Source of the DNA: Hyaloraphidium curvatum SAG 235-1
Taxonomy: Eukaryota > Fungi > Monoblepharomycota
Length of the DNA: 64,000 nt
Direction of reading: 5' to 3'
Assembly: GCA_025558095.1 (NCBI GenBank)
Contig: JAIVFI010000034.1
Location: forward strand, 494,394-558,393
Shown here piece by piece: positions 34,071-46,662 of the stretch. The notes under the pieces were generated by a model. The model searched no databases. It worked only from the letters and a program-made list of their open reading frames with translations, and had not been told where the DNA came from. A program made the translations under genes and the position numbers. Position 1 is the stretch's first letter, and every line of letters begins with the position of its first letter.

Positions 34071-35260
34071 TCACGCCGCAAGCGGCCGCAGCTTGACCAT
34101 CACCTTGTTCGGCTTGATCGTGCCGCTGGGAGCGCAGAGGTGAGCACACGATCGTGACCGAATGCCGCAAGGCCCACCTGAAGATCTCCTTGAACTGCCA
34201 GGTGTCCGGGCCCTCGGGCACGGGGAGGATATCGAACTTGCGGAGGATTGAGGCGGTAGCGAGGCGGCCCTCAGCGACTGCGGGCACAGGGGACGGTCAG
34301 GCGGGCACGAGCATCACCAGTAGCCAGAGAAAACGCACGCGCGAGACGTTCGCCGACGCAGCGCCTGGCGCCGTTGCCGAACGGCGCGTTGCTCCACAGG
34401 CCAGCCTTGGATCCGCCGTTGGCGTCCTCATAGTAGCGCTCGGGCGTCCAGATCGAGGGGTCCTTGTCCCAGTACCACGGGGCGTTCTGCATCGCGTGGA
34501 TGCCGACAAAGATCAGGTCGTCCTTCTGGAAGTTGACCTTCTTGGGCTTTCCGAAGGCGTCGGTGTAGTTGCACGTGAAGTCCTCGAACGCCGTGCGGAG
34601 CGCGCCGTACGGGGCCGAGGGGTACTTGCGCAGCGTCTCCTTGATGCACGCGTTCAGGACCTTGCACTTCTCCAGCACCTCGAGGTTGTCGAGATCGCCC
34701 TTGCCGTTGACCTCCTCGACCTCGGCGCGGATGGCGGCCTGGAGGTCGGGGCGCTTGGAGAGCTCGTAGGTCATGAGGGAGAGCAGGGCGGCGGTCGTCT
34801 GGGGAAAGAGGTGTCAGCCGGGTCGCGGCATCCGGGCGGCCGAGGCGACGCACGTCGTGTCCGGCAAAGAGAACGTTCTGTAGAGCAGGTCGTCAGGGCA
34901 GCATGTAAGGCTGCGCCGCAAGTACTCACCATCAGGGCGTTCTGGAGGTGCTCCTCGGTCATCCCCTCCTTGATGCCGGTCTGGTAAGTGTCGTCCATGA
35001 TGCAGTTGACCTGCTCGTTCCTCTTGATCCGCGCCGCGTTCTCGGCCACGAGATCGTACAGCATCTTGTGGCTCCGCTTCTGGTCCGCCACCACCCCCGG
35101 CACCAGCACGAACGCCCACTCGCCGAGCAGCATCCTGACGTTCGCCAGCAGCGCGCCGCACTCGAGCCACCGGTCGAAAGCGTGCGACATCTCGGCGCCT
35201 TTCTCGGTCGACATGGCGCGCACTTCGCTGCCGAAAGTGAGGCGGGTGATAACTGCGCCG
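34071..35260 (-). pseudogene. Cytochrome P450, C-terminal half only; 5' part cut at the island boundary
   Basis: VITRLTFG, FAGHDT/T, KETLR, TPERY, heme motif PFGNGARRCVG. The N-terminal half is not found in the window. Confidence 0.88.
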
Positions 35261-35688
35261 CGCCCTGGCGCTGAAGCAGGCCATCCTCTGCCTCGCCGTC
35301 ATCTCCTCCGACTCGTCCATCCCGCAGGCCCTGGACCGCGTGGGGATGCTGGAGGAGGACGTGCGGATCTTTGACACGCTGGACTCGGGGCTCGGAGGGC
35401 TTCTTCCAGCATCAGGCGCGGGTCAAGGCGCTGCACGAGGCCCCACGGCAGGTGCCCTCGCAGCCCGCCGCCCTCGGCGTCGTGATCCTCGGATCCACGG
35501 AGCGATCGGGGCAGCTCTCGCAGGCGGTGGAGCAGGCCCTGCTCGGGCAGACCTTCCCAACGGGGTCGGCGCCCGAGACGTACAACCTGCTGTGCTCGGT
35601 GCTGGCCGAGGCTGCTGATGGCGATGCGGCGCGGCTGGAGCAGGGTTCCCCAAAACCCCGTGGAATCGAAGCTGGCCAAGGACGATGA
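35259..35688 (+). pseudogene. Start-less C-terminal coding fragment, probably the 3' end of the gene cut at 55364
   Basis: Codon-biased RALALKQAILCLAVISSDSS...EAGQGR* with one extra G near 35394. An in-frame TAA at 35250 lies in P450 sequence. Confidence 0.55.
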
Positions 35689-35856
35689 TCGGGCCGATTG
35701 CGGATGAACGAGATATGTATCTACAGATACAGTGATACAATACAGGATGAAATAGCAGCTCGTGAACGAGTGCCAGGCAGGCGATTGCGAGCCGCATCGT
35801 CGCCTGCTTCAAAAGTCAATACGATCCGAAGAGTGGATCGAGGCGTCGCACCCACA

Positions 35857-36752
35857 TTACATGTTGCCGAACTTCTTGCCCTTTCCAATCTCACCGGTGG
35901 CCCACTGCTCCTTGGTGACCTCGGCGTGGCAGATAGGGTGGAGGATCTCGTATTTGGTGTACTCGATCATGCCCTTGCGGTGCTGGTGCCTGAGGAAGAA
36001 GTCGGCAGCGTGGCCGGCTTTCTTGGAAAGGGAGACCAATCAGTGGCAAAGGCGGGGATCTGGGCGACGGGCGCACCGCTCCCCAGGCGTGATTGCGGTG
36101 GTAAAGGAGGTTCCTGATCTTGCCCTTGCACTTGGTGCACCGGAAGTTCTGTTTCTTGAGCTTCGAAGCACTGCGTGATCAGATGCGAAGCCCCCATCGC
36201 CGACCAAAAGACTCACGATCCAGACATCCAGGTAGTGGATCGCCAGGCGGCCCTCGGTGTCCGTGTTGATGTTGTACGCCTTCTTCATCTCGAGTGGAGT
36301 CAGACCGGCCTCGTTGGTCTGCGAAAGCGGCGATCTGAGCAGCGAGCATGCGTCGATCGAGACTCACGCACGTGCTTGGTCTCCCAGTCGGGATTTTCCT
36401 CCCTCCACTTCTTGGTAATCGCAGCCTTCTTGGCTTTCTGCTCCGCCGTGAGCGCGTCGTTGGTGGACATGTTCTGCGCCGCGAGCGCCTGCCGCTTTGC
36501 CTCGACGACGGCGTTCCTCTTCTCGCGCTTCTTCGCCAGCGCCGCCGCGTGCTTGGCGTCCCTCGGGACGGTGCGGCGGCGTCCACCCTTGCCGGGAGGA
36601 GGTCCCCGCGCCTGTACGCGCCTGGGCTTGGCGGGGGCGGCGGCGGTCGGGGCGGCGTCGGAAGGCTCGGGTTCGTCGTCGCCGAAGGCGTAAGGCACGA
36701 AATAGGGGGCGGGGCGCGGGGGGGAGAGGGAGGGGGCGCGGATCTTGGGCAT
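35857..36752 (-). CDS. HNH-like zinc-binding endonuclease with basic N-terminus, 4 exons
   Basis: Spliced FRCTKCKGKIRNLLYHRNHAWGA/KAGHAADFF...IEYTKYEILHPICHAEVT resembles CxxC...DH...K...ExxKCxxLCxxCHxxxT. One splice phase conflict near 36175-36215. Confidence 0.55.
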
Positions 36753-37020
36753 GGTGCGGCGGAGCGGCGGTCGCGCGCGTGCGGGAAGGTGGAAGGGGGC
36801 GGAAGCGGCGGGCGGGGGTGCGCCGCGACGGAGAGCGTGACCCGTCCGGGGGGAGGGGCAGTTGCGGGGCGGGCATTATATATCGACTCCGGGGTTCTGG
36901 TTCGCGCTATCCGAAGCGCGAACGAATGTGATCTGTGACGGTTTGTCGCGTAAACGGAGCGCGAACCAGCCCAGCGCACCACCCCATCGGACCGATTACT
37001 CATCACCCACTTCATCCACC

Positions 37021-38660
37021 ATGGCGGAGCTGGCGACGATCCGGGCGGTGCTGGTCGACGACTATTGCAAGCTCAATGGTCTTCCTCGCGGCGCCATGCC
37101 CGCGCTGCCCCCGGGCGCCGACCTCGGCCTCGCGCACCTGTTGCGGCCTTCTTGCTCCGCGGGAACCACGACCTCCCCGAAGGCTTCCTTTACGAGTTCT
37201 ACCAGAAGAAGAAGGGACCCGTTATGGCGGACCAGTTGGAGCGCGCGTATCGTCACCACGGCGACGTCGGCATCGGTTGCGTGGTCGCGGCTCGCGGGGA
37301 TCCCTGCGTCTCGCTCCTCGAGCCGGAGATGTGGGAGCACCCGGACCCGCGGGTATCTCTTGAGCTGCACGTCAGGAAGCTCGTCAATAGGACGATCATC
37401 CAGGGAGATCACATGATCGTAGGTGCTTTGCCTGTCGGTGCGTCATAATCCGCTGACCACGCAACTCGAAGCCATCGCTCAAGACCACCGAACCGATCTA
37501 CATCCGGCCTGGGTCCGAGATGAATGCCGCCGCCCAAGCCAGGTACAAGAAGCTGTTCTGGGACGACGAGTCGGCCAACGCGGAGTTCGAAGATATTCAG
37601 TGGATCTGCACCGCAGATCACCAGCTGGAAACTGCGCGGGATATCGGCAAGGACGTTGAACTGGTGCGGGGAGACGCGCTCGTTGCTCTTGCGGACGCTG
37701 CAGAAGAGCTGCCGCGCCACGTCATACTCGAGGTGCGTCATCCTGTTGGCTCGATCCGGCGCACCTGACACCCTTTTCCCAGCACTTCATACCGGAGCTT
37801 TTCGAACAGAGGCCCGATTTGGACCGAGCAAGTCTTCCCCGGATCGCAGAGGGCCCCGTCATCGGCAACATGGTCTTCATGCCGTCGATCGACCCGGGAT
37901 ACCGCAAACGCAAAGGCCTTGGGACCGGACTCGACGTGCCGCGCGTCGTGCCCAAGTTTCCGGACACGCCCGCGGGCAAGGTCGCCGCTGCTTTGGAAGC
38001 GCTGGCGACCGTTCATTGTAGGTTTCTTCCGGCCCTCTTTTTGCGTTGGCTGACGTGATGGGGCTTCCTCGCAGTCGAGACAGGATCCGACGAGTCTGGT
38101 GCGTCTAACTGCGACGATGCTCGAGTTCTCCCTCATGCATTAGTTTTGCAGTGGAGGACACCGCCGCCGAGTACGTCCCGTCGTCCTCGCCCCTCGACAT
38201 CCCGATGCCCGTCGGAGCGTCGTCGACCATGGCGCCTCCGCCGATCCCCCTCTTCTCCGTCAACACCAAGCCAGCCTCGAGCTCCGGCGGGTCTTTCCCC
38301 AAGTTCAGCTTCACGGCCGGGCTTTCCGCGACGCCGTTCCCAGCGTACGGTCAAGCGGCGCAGCAGCCCCTCTCGGCCTTCGGCGCTCCGCCCCCTCGTC
38401 CCCTCTTCGTCTCCAACTCGCCGTCGCTGGGAGGCCCGGCGGACGCCGAAGGTCCCGCTGGATCGCAGGCGCAGCGCCCCTCCGCGGCCGGCTTGCTGGG
38501 CCGGCGCAAGGTCAATTCGTCGCGCGCCGCTGCGACGCGATCGAAGGAGGCTGAGGCGGCGGAGATGGCTGCCATCGCGGCGGCGCCAAACAAGAGCAAG
38601 GAAGAGGAGGAGGAGGAGGAATACAAGAAGGAGCTCATCGACGAGTTCGGCATCTATTAG
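37021..38660 (+). CDS. Hypothetical multi-exon protein; apparent frameshift near 37140
   Basis: Codon-biased exons separated by intron-like segments; no family recognised. Divergent from the HNH gene with TTATATAT at about 36876. Confidence 0.5.
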
Positions 38661-38759
38661 GGTACGTTCTCGGCATGATCATCCACACCACTTGCCGGAT
38701 TTGACTCTACGTACCGCAGTCCAACGCATTTTCCGTTGGGGTTCTGGTTGCTGGTGGTG

Positions 38760-41285
38760 GTCTGACGGAGGGCCGGGGCGGGCACCTGCACGTCACGGGC
38801 GAGCAGACGGCGGCGCTGGCTGGAGGCCGACTGCTGGTCGAAGCAGATGCGGAAGGTGGCGTAGAAGGTGTAGTCCTGATAGGGAGAAGGGGGTCAGCGG
38901 CCGATCCAAAGCAGCCCGTGCATCCGCTACTCACGGTGATCAAGGCAAAGTCGTCGGTGGTCAGGAACGAGTTGTCTTTGAAGTCGACGCCGGCCTGCTT
39001 GGGCAGCATGTTGGGCGCGACCTTCATCTCCACGACGTTGGGGTCCGCGGTCGGGAGGTAGGTGAAGTTGGTGTTGACGGCCAGGGTCGAGAGGGCGCCG
39101 ACGGCCGAGTCGACCATGTGGTGGTGTTGACGTTGCGGGTCACGGTGGTGGCGGCGCCGATGTTGGGCGTGCGCTCGACTTTGTTGCGGCCGAGGATCGT
39201 CTTGGTCAGGCGGGCCTCGAGACGGGCAGGTCGGGCGAAGGTGAAGGTGGCCATGATCCTCGTGAAAATGAGCGGGAACATCCCGCAGACCGTGCAAGAA
39301 GGGCCTCTTCCGGGCCAACGGAGTAGGGCGACCCAGTGTAATCGCCCAAAATGACAGACGCCCTCGAAAAGGGCGCTACCGGCGTGGCTTGCCTGTCCGT
39401 GCTGCGCGTCACCATTCGAGGTCCACTGCCGCGCGCGATTGGCCACGGCCGCACTGCCGCCTCGCAGTTAAAGCGGCTGCGACCGCCCTTCATTGGCATT
39501 GCCCTGGCACCACGCCCCGGTCCCTTGGGCGGCCGAGCGCCGGCGGTCGGGTGCGGCGTCCTAATGTCGGATATGTGATACACCTCCTGGATGAGGCGGG
39601 CGAGTCGCCGGGGCTCCATGACGAACAAAGTGCCCCGAGCGGACGCGCCGCGTCGGCATGGCGCGCGCCGGAGTCCCGGTGACAACAACCAGGGCATTGC
39701 CTAGAGAAAGTTTGCCGATGGGAGCTTGCCGCATCCGGCGTCGGCGCCATTCCATCTCGCGCTTTGGAAAAGTCGGGTGTTTATTGTTGAACTGTTTATC
39801 ACGCGCACCATCATCGCTCGTCCACCGCGCGCATCGGACTAAGAGCAGAAAAGCCAGGATCAGCACCATGCTGCGCGTCAGGGTCCAGATTGACTACCCG
39901 TCCGGTTGGAGCGCCCGCCAAAGGTGTCGGGCCCATCGCAAGCTCACATTTGGCGGGTTCTTTAGTCGACGATGCGTGGAAGTCCAACGTCGGCGGACCG
40001 ACGTCGGTCGAGCTCGACGGCTTCGGCGACCTCATGGTCTCGGGGCAGAAGGGCGGCGACCCCCAGCTGCGGGAGATCGGGGCCATCAGGGACAAGGATG
40101 CCGAGCCACTCGTTCCCCTGGTCAGAAAGGGGCAGATCGAGATCACCGGTATGGCTACGTGGTCGTCACTGGGGACCTACCTAATGTGAAACTTCAGGCG
40201 GGATCGTATCCAAGGTTCTGACGGGAGGGGAGGTTGGGGACAACTACACCGAGGAGTACACGTTTGAGATCCTCTTGGACGTCAGGGTCCAGGAAGGTCA
40301 TTTGGACGCCGTCCGAACGACTTTGGAGGACATGCTGGCCTGACAAAGTGAGTGTCACATCGATTCTAAGGCCGATGCCTAGCTTATCCTCCGTCTTCCA
40401 GACGGCTAGCGCGCAGCTAATGATTCGCAAGAGGGTAGCAACTAGCTTCATTCGCGATTGTACAGCAAGCTCTTCTTCAATGCCAACGGCGAGCGTTATC
40501 GGCGCCAATCCGCCTGCTCCCCGTCGCATGTCCCGCCAGGCAAGGAGGCGTCGGCGGTGCTGCTAAGGCCCCCGCTTAAAGCTCCAGGAGCGCGGCGGCA
40601 ACGTCAGCGAGCCTTAAGCCAGGGGGAGCGACGTGCTCCACCACATGCAAGAGCGTCACGCTGGTGACCGACGCCACGTTGCAGAGGTCGAGCTCGAGGG
40701 CACCCGAGGCGTTGGGCGTGCCGATGAGGGCGTTGGCCGTGAGGACCTTGCCCGTGCAGGTGTTGGTGTTGGCGGCGCCGAGAAGCAGTTGGTGTCGAAG
40801 TTGAAGGCGTAGGTGCCGACGACGTTGCAGACGTCGCCGATGGCAATCTTCAGCTGGCCGTTCTGGTACGACGAGCCGTCGGTCTTAACACAGGTGGGCA
40901 GGGTATACGAGACGGCCTCGACCGAGCCGGCGTAGCCGGGCAGGCTGATGTAGCCCGAGTCGGCATCAAGGGTGAGGTTGTTGGGCCACCTGGAGGGAGG
41001 GGGGATCCGGTCGGTTCAGGAACCCGCCGCCCGCATAGCCCACCTCGACAACATGGTAAAGTCGACAATCAGGAAGCGCTGCCCGTCGGTGATGTCGTAC
41101 GACAGCCCCGTCAGGTTGGAGTTCTTGATGTCCGCCTTGATGTCGGTCTCCACGTTCACGGTGGTGGACAGGGCGATCGACACCGGGTAGGCGTAGCGCG
41201 AGGCCCGGCGGTTGCCGCCGGGGAACACGTCCTGCCACTCGAAGTAGACCGTGTTGTTGCGGACCTCGTAGCCGGTGCGGCTCAT
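38760..41285 (-). pseudogene. Fragmented gene for a secreted Cys/Thr/Asn-rich beta protein, interrupted by about 39350-40625
   Basis: Codon-biased pieces VYFEWQD..., WPNNLTLD...DVCNVVGTYAFNFDTNC and DYTFYATFRICFD...RRRLLARD. Frameshifts near 40779 and 39118; no start or signal peptide seen. Confidence 0.5.
39960..40189 (+). pseudogene. Possible HIRAN-domain fragment
   Basis: EIGAIRDKDAEPLVPLVRKGQIEITG resembles the HIRAN C-terminal IGxIPxxxAxxLxPLxxxG; stops follow. Confidence 0.3.
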
Positions 41286-41786
41286 GGCGGCCGGGTTGAC
41301 GGCCTGCGGAACCCGGCGAGCTCACGCCGCAGAGCGCGACGGTTCAGACGCGCGGCAGCAGCCGACTGCGCCAACCACGCTCGCCGTGTCGCGCCAAGTT
41401 CGGACCCCCGCGACAGAAGACGGGCGGCGAGCCGACCGCGCGGCGTACGTGGCACGCGGACCGTCGGGCTTCTCGCGGAGGAGGAGGAGGGCGCAGGGGA
41501 TGGGGGCTCGGTATCGGGCGGCGCTCCGGGCCACCGCAGGGCAAGCGGCGTGGCCTGAAGCGCCCGCCATGGCTCCGCCGCGCGCCGCGGCCGACCCATG
41601 CAGCCGAGACAAAGAAAAGGGCGGGCACCCCTGGGCGCTTCGACGTGTGAGATGGCACCGGCAGCCGCGATCTTTTGCAAGCTCTCAGGCCCTTCAATGT
41701 TAAGTCGGGATAAGTCGGGATATCGAATATCGCGGGCCGAACTTCGTCGTCTGCCGTGGGGGCAAGGTGTGCCCGAGGACCAGGAA

Positions 41787-42210
41787 CGGGGGCTGGCCGG
41801 GCCCCGGTGGGAGGCGGCTGCGGGCCCATCGAGTGGCCCTGCGAGTTGGATAGCGACCGGTGTTCCGGGATATTGAACAGGGAGCAGGGATACTCGGTGT
41901 GGACGGGGCCGTGCGATGGGCAAGCGTGATACTGGGCCGGGGCGGCCGGCGGAGAGCGACGCGCACGCGGTGGCGCACCGGACCTCCCGCAGCAACTCAC
42001 GGCATGAGGCCGGGATATGGGCAATCCACGATGACGCGCTATTGTGACGCGGGATATCGGGCGGAAGGCGGTGGTGGGTGCAGCTGGCCCCGGCGAACAA
42101 ACCCCTCGGGACCAAACGCGCGCGGAGATCTTGCCGGCTATCAGGTCACTCGATGGAAGGCCCGGATATTGAGTATCGGCAGCGGAGACTCGCCGGCCGC
42201 CGTGATATGA
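41787..42210 (+). repeat. Diverged long direct repeat, copy A, rich in CGGGATAT motifs (partner about 50651-51090)
   Basis: Collinear shared blocks GGGCCCCGGT, GCTGCGGGCC, CTGCGAG.TGGA, CGGGATATT and GTGGA.GGGGCCGTGCGA. Confidence 0.75.
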
Positions 42211-42262
42211 GGTCCCACCGGCGGCTGTTGGGGGGCGTGATATGGATCTGTTTACTAGACCA

Positions 42263-42330
42263 AAACCCTTCAACCCGGTTCAACCCTCCTTCAACCCTCT
42301 TCAACCCTCTTTCAACCCTCCCCAACCCTC
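42263..42330 (+). repeat. Tandem array of about 10 bp TTCAACCCT-like units
   Basis: Six CAACCC cores between 42271 and 42328. Confidence 0.85.
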
Positions 42331-42645
42331 CCCCACCGGGCAAAACCCCCTGAGAGGCCACCTGCGCGCCGGTCCCGTCCCAGACACGCGTCGGCGTAGC
42401 CTTCTCTGCCCTCGAATCAACGCTACCGTCGCGAGGAGCCTCGCCTTCCCGCGTGTCGCGACGGTTTATAGCTTCCTGTCCCCGGGAGGAGACGAGGCCT
42501 CTGTTGAAGAACCCCTGGGGACATTCTGCACGAGAATGACTCCAAGCAGGGCAGTCTGAGCTCTAGGAAGGACTGTGGCGCCGAGGACGAGGCCAACTGA
42601 TCCGAACCGTCGCGTCTCGACGCGACTTCTCGGGCCAGCGGAGGC

Positions 42646-45600
42646 ATGGGTCGGAACCGGAACACGGGCGGCGCGAAGAAGGTCTCTGGCGGCGTGAAGA
42701 AGGCTAAGGTCCCCGCGACGAAGGCTTCGGACGCACCAAAGCAGACGAAGAAGCGCGGGCGCCCGCCAAAGACCGCAGCGCCGCCGGCCGGGCAGCCGGA
42801 AAGCGGAGGGGAGCCCGCCGGACAGCAGCCACAAGCTTCGGCGGGTGAGGCACCTGCAGAAGGCCGTCCTCAGCACGGAACGGTCTTCCAGCTCGAGTTC
42901 TCGGCCGCCCAAAAGAGGAGGTTGCCGGGGAAGAAGGTTACCCCGTTCACCCATGGTCTCCAGCCTTTTCCCTTCGACCTACGACGTCATCCGGAGCGCT
43001 TCGTCCTCCGGGATGGAGGGGATCCGATTTTCAAGGTCCTCAACGGGCCGGGAACCCCGGAAATGGATTCTCTCGTGACGCTTCGGCCGACCTTCATCCT
43101 TTCCCCCTGGGAGGGCTACCCGGACTTGGCGCGGCTCATTTGTCCGACGTGCGGCTTGAAGCTGAAGCCCAGTGCTTGGGTTCAAGATCTCTTCCTCATG
43201 CGTGGGCCCCATGGAGAGTTGGAACTTCTTTGCCCCCGGCGATACGTTTGCGAGAACTTTGGGGAAGCCAAGGCGGGGAAGTGCACCTTCCAAATTGGTG
43301 CCCACAACCTGCTCGATAAAATTTCCGCGGACCTGCGCTACGTCGGTAGGAACCGCTCCCCGATCGATCTTGTCGACCTCGCTCATCATTCGTCGGCAGT
43401 GTTCCCTTACGAACGGGTCGGCCACTCGTACGTGCACATGTCGTTCCTCTCGAAGGTCTATAACCTGGTGAACGAGTGCGGGGCGGGCATGACGGCTAAG
43501 ATCCTGAACGGTACGGCTCTTTCTGAACTGGTTCTTGCCCTTTCGTGACATGTCGGTTCCAGCCGACCTGGAAGCCGAACATCACGTCGTTGCGCTGCAC
43601 CTTCAACACCACGGGATGCCGGGCCCCATGCCGGATGCGGAGACGACCAGCGCATTCTTCTCTTCAGGTAACCTTTTGTGTGGCATCGTGAGGACACGCT
43701 GTGACTCCGTTCCCATAGACTCTTCGGGATCCAAGCAAACGAGCATAGATTCCTTTGTCGTGAGATCAGACTCGGCTGAAAACGACTCGGCACCTTCTCA
43801 GGCGGGGCCCTCCGACGGCACGACCGTACCGACGTTCGCCGGCCTCTTCCGGCAGAGCAGGAAGAAGCCGCAGTCGATCCAGGAGTCAATGGAGGACGAA
43901 TTCTCGTGAGTTGGGCCGCGATTCGGGCTGAGCCTTCGCCTGTGTGTTGACTTGGCGTCAGAATGGCCGGGGATGTGATCGACGCTGCTTTTGTGACTCG
44001 TCTACACGACGCAGTTTGGAACCGATACGGCGACCATCTTTTCCACTCATATCAGTACCAGGCTGACTGTGGGTTCTGGCGGAACGGATTTGGTTTCGCT
44101 AATTGGCTCATCTCCGCCGCGCAGGCCGGAACATTGCGCAGGACGGACTGGAAAAGACCGCACTGCACCAAGCTTACGTGCACGACGAGGAGAATGGGGG
44201 CCACAAGGCCCTCAACTCCAGCAAGCATGCTGACGGCGGTGCTGCCGCGGATGCCGAGAAGGATGCGGCTGCAAAGGTGAACGGCGGCCGCGTGGCGGCC
44301 GAGTCCATGAGCAGCAAACCTCAGCTGATCAAGTACATCACCGTGACTGGTACTCCTCTTGGCGCGGTGAGCCGCTCCGCGCTGCCCATGCAGCGGAGCT
44401 TCTGACGACGTTCGCAGTACATGGCCCGGAACAAGGGTGACGACGCAGCCAAGCACGGCCTAGAGGTTCTTCGTAACTCTTTGCGGGCTCAGAAAGCTGC
44501 GGGCCGTGGAATCGACGGAAAGAAGCTTGATTCGGGGAAATCTGTCGGCGCCTTTGAGGAGCCGGGGACTCCGGTCATCGTGCTCCAAGTGGACCGGTGC
44601 TGTGGCTCGCCGGGCTCTTTAGCCCCACTCGTGAAGGCTGTGTTTGGCGATCTCGAGGTCGTACGTCTCGACCATTTCCACTGGGTGCAACGGATTTGCG
44701 AGGACGTCGGGGTCACGGATTTTGTCAAGGACAAGATCATCGGCATCGTTTGGAGTTCCATTCAGTTCCCGGGAGTTGAGCTCCCCAGCGGGGAGAAGAC
44801 GCCGCAGCCGATGCTGCCACGCGAGGAAGCCATCAAGGCCTTCGACGCCGCTAAGAACGAAGCTCTTCGGTACCACGGCGGTCTTCCTCCAAAGAAGGTC
44901 GAGGTGTTTGAGAAGAACTGGGCAAACGCTCGAGTGCACCTGGAAAAGGGGTGTTTGGACGATCCAGAGATTTTGTTCTACATCGCGGCAGACGGCTCAG
45001 TGATGGTTGCTAGGGGAAGCAATCGTCTCGAGGGCTATTTTCGGCTTCTGCAGGACTGGCTCGGCCGCCACGCGAAACTCGAGGACACCATCCTGCAGGA
45101 GATTGACCATTTCGATCTCGATTACATGCTGACCGTGTTGCGCATCAAATTCGGCGACTTTTGCGCCCAGCAGTTGGGCAGGAATCCGGCTCTTTGCCAG
45201 GTGCTGGAAGCTCGGAACCGCTTGGCTCGCCAGAATGGTCACCCTGCACAATGCAACCCGCTTCTGGAGGATCACGAGTGTTTTGAGATTCGTGCCGTCA
45301 CCTCGGCGGAAGCACGGCAAGCCGGGAAGGCGATCCGGGACCAGCAGGCCCACGTCGCCGAAAGGGAAAAGGATCCGGCTGTCCCGAAGGCGCGGCCCGC
45401 CTCGCCTCGCGGATTCACTCCGAAAAGTCGTCCTTCGCACAAGCCGTCGCCGTCTCCGAAAGCTCGTGGTAGAGCCGCGCCGAACTACGGCATCAAGGCC
45501 GAGTTTCAGCGCACTGTGGCCCAGGTAAATGATTGCGATGGAGTGGATTCATGGTCTACTCAACATGTCTGCGTTCATTAGCTCGGGTCCGCCGTTGTAG

Positions 45601-46662
45601 CCACCTCAGGCTTGTTCTCGCCGGTCATTTCGTCTCCAACCGGGCCTTCGAGCCAAATGTCGCCGAAGGCTGCCTCTACTGCCGCTGCAAGCCAGCCTCT
45701 TTCGTTTCCTATGGAGGAAGACACGCTGGAGGTTCCCGTCGTTCCTTCTCTCTCTTCCGCGCCCGTGCAGGCTCTAAACCGGCCTGTGGAGCCTGTATTG
45801 GAGTGGGTGGACGCCATTTTCGGATCTCGGCTTCTGGGCTCATCCCTCGTCTTTTGCAGGACGCCGGCGCCCTTGCCCGTCGCCTTTCAGCCGTCAAGCG
45901 GTGCAATGGCCTTGAGCGGCAAGCGGAAACGTGAGGATTCGGTTCAGGGACGGGCAGATTCGCCGGCGGCACCGCGGCCGGCCTCGACGTCGGTTCCGGC
46001 GGCTAAGAAGCGGGCCATGCCGCCGGCGCCTGGGACAACATCGTCTCTGGCTCTACCCGATGCTTCCACATTGGCAGCTGGGCCCGCTTTGCTCGAGCAC
46101 GTGCCGAGGCCCCTGCACTTGCCGCCCGAGATCTCGAAAGAGGCTTGGGCCGAGGCCCTCCTCGCTGCCTTCGCTCATGTGGCCCAGAAGCTCGTCCAAG
46201 GTGCTTCGACTGTGTCGGTGAGCGGCATACCGGCTTCTCTCTGCCGTCGCGCTGGTGGTTTAACGTCAGTTGGACCGACAGGTCGCTCCTTCGTTGACCC
46301 TGCCGGAAGTTGCTGTTTCGGCCATGGAACCCGCGAAGCCCAAGGTGCGAGGGCATGCCCCAAAGGATGAAGCTCAGCTATGTCGGCGCTGCGGGCAGCT
46401 CAAGGAGGAGACATCCCGGGCTGCTCATGTCCATCGGCTGGGCCTTTGCGATGATGGATTTCGCCGTAGCGACGACACGCAGCGCAAGATTACCATCCCC
46501 GCTTACGGCACGCGCCGCGCGGAAGATGGAGGTCCCGACTGGGCCTACCTGGAGGGAGAGTTTCTCGACCTCCTTGATGCCAAGGATGCCACGCTGCGTG
46601 GCCCCCGTCTGACGGCCTACGAGGCGTTGAAGGTGGTTCTTGTGACGGAATTCCCGAAGTAG
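42646..46662 (+). CDS. DDE transposase, DUF6729-containing Mutator/ISL3-like type, multi-exon
   Basis: AT-hook KRGRPPK; Cys domain CPTCG...RRYVC...LLDKISADLR/VFP. Catalytic candidates NIAQDG, LQVDRCC, RLDHFH, GCLDDP and RGSNRLEGYF; C-terminal CRRCG...H...C knuckle. Confidence 0.75.
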
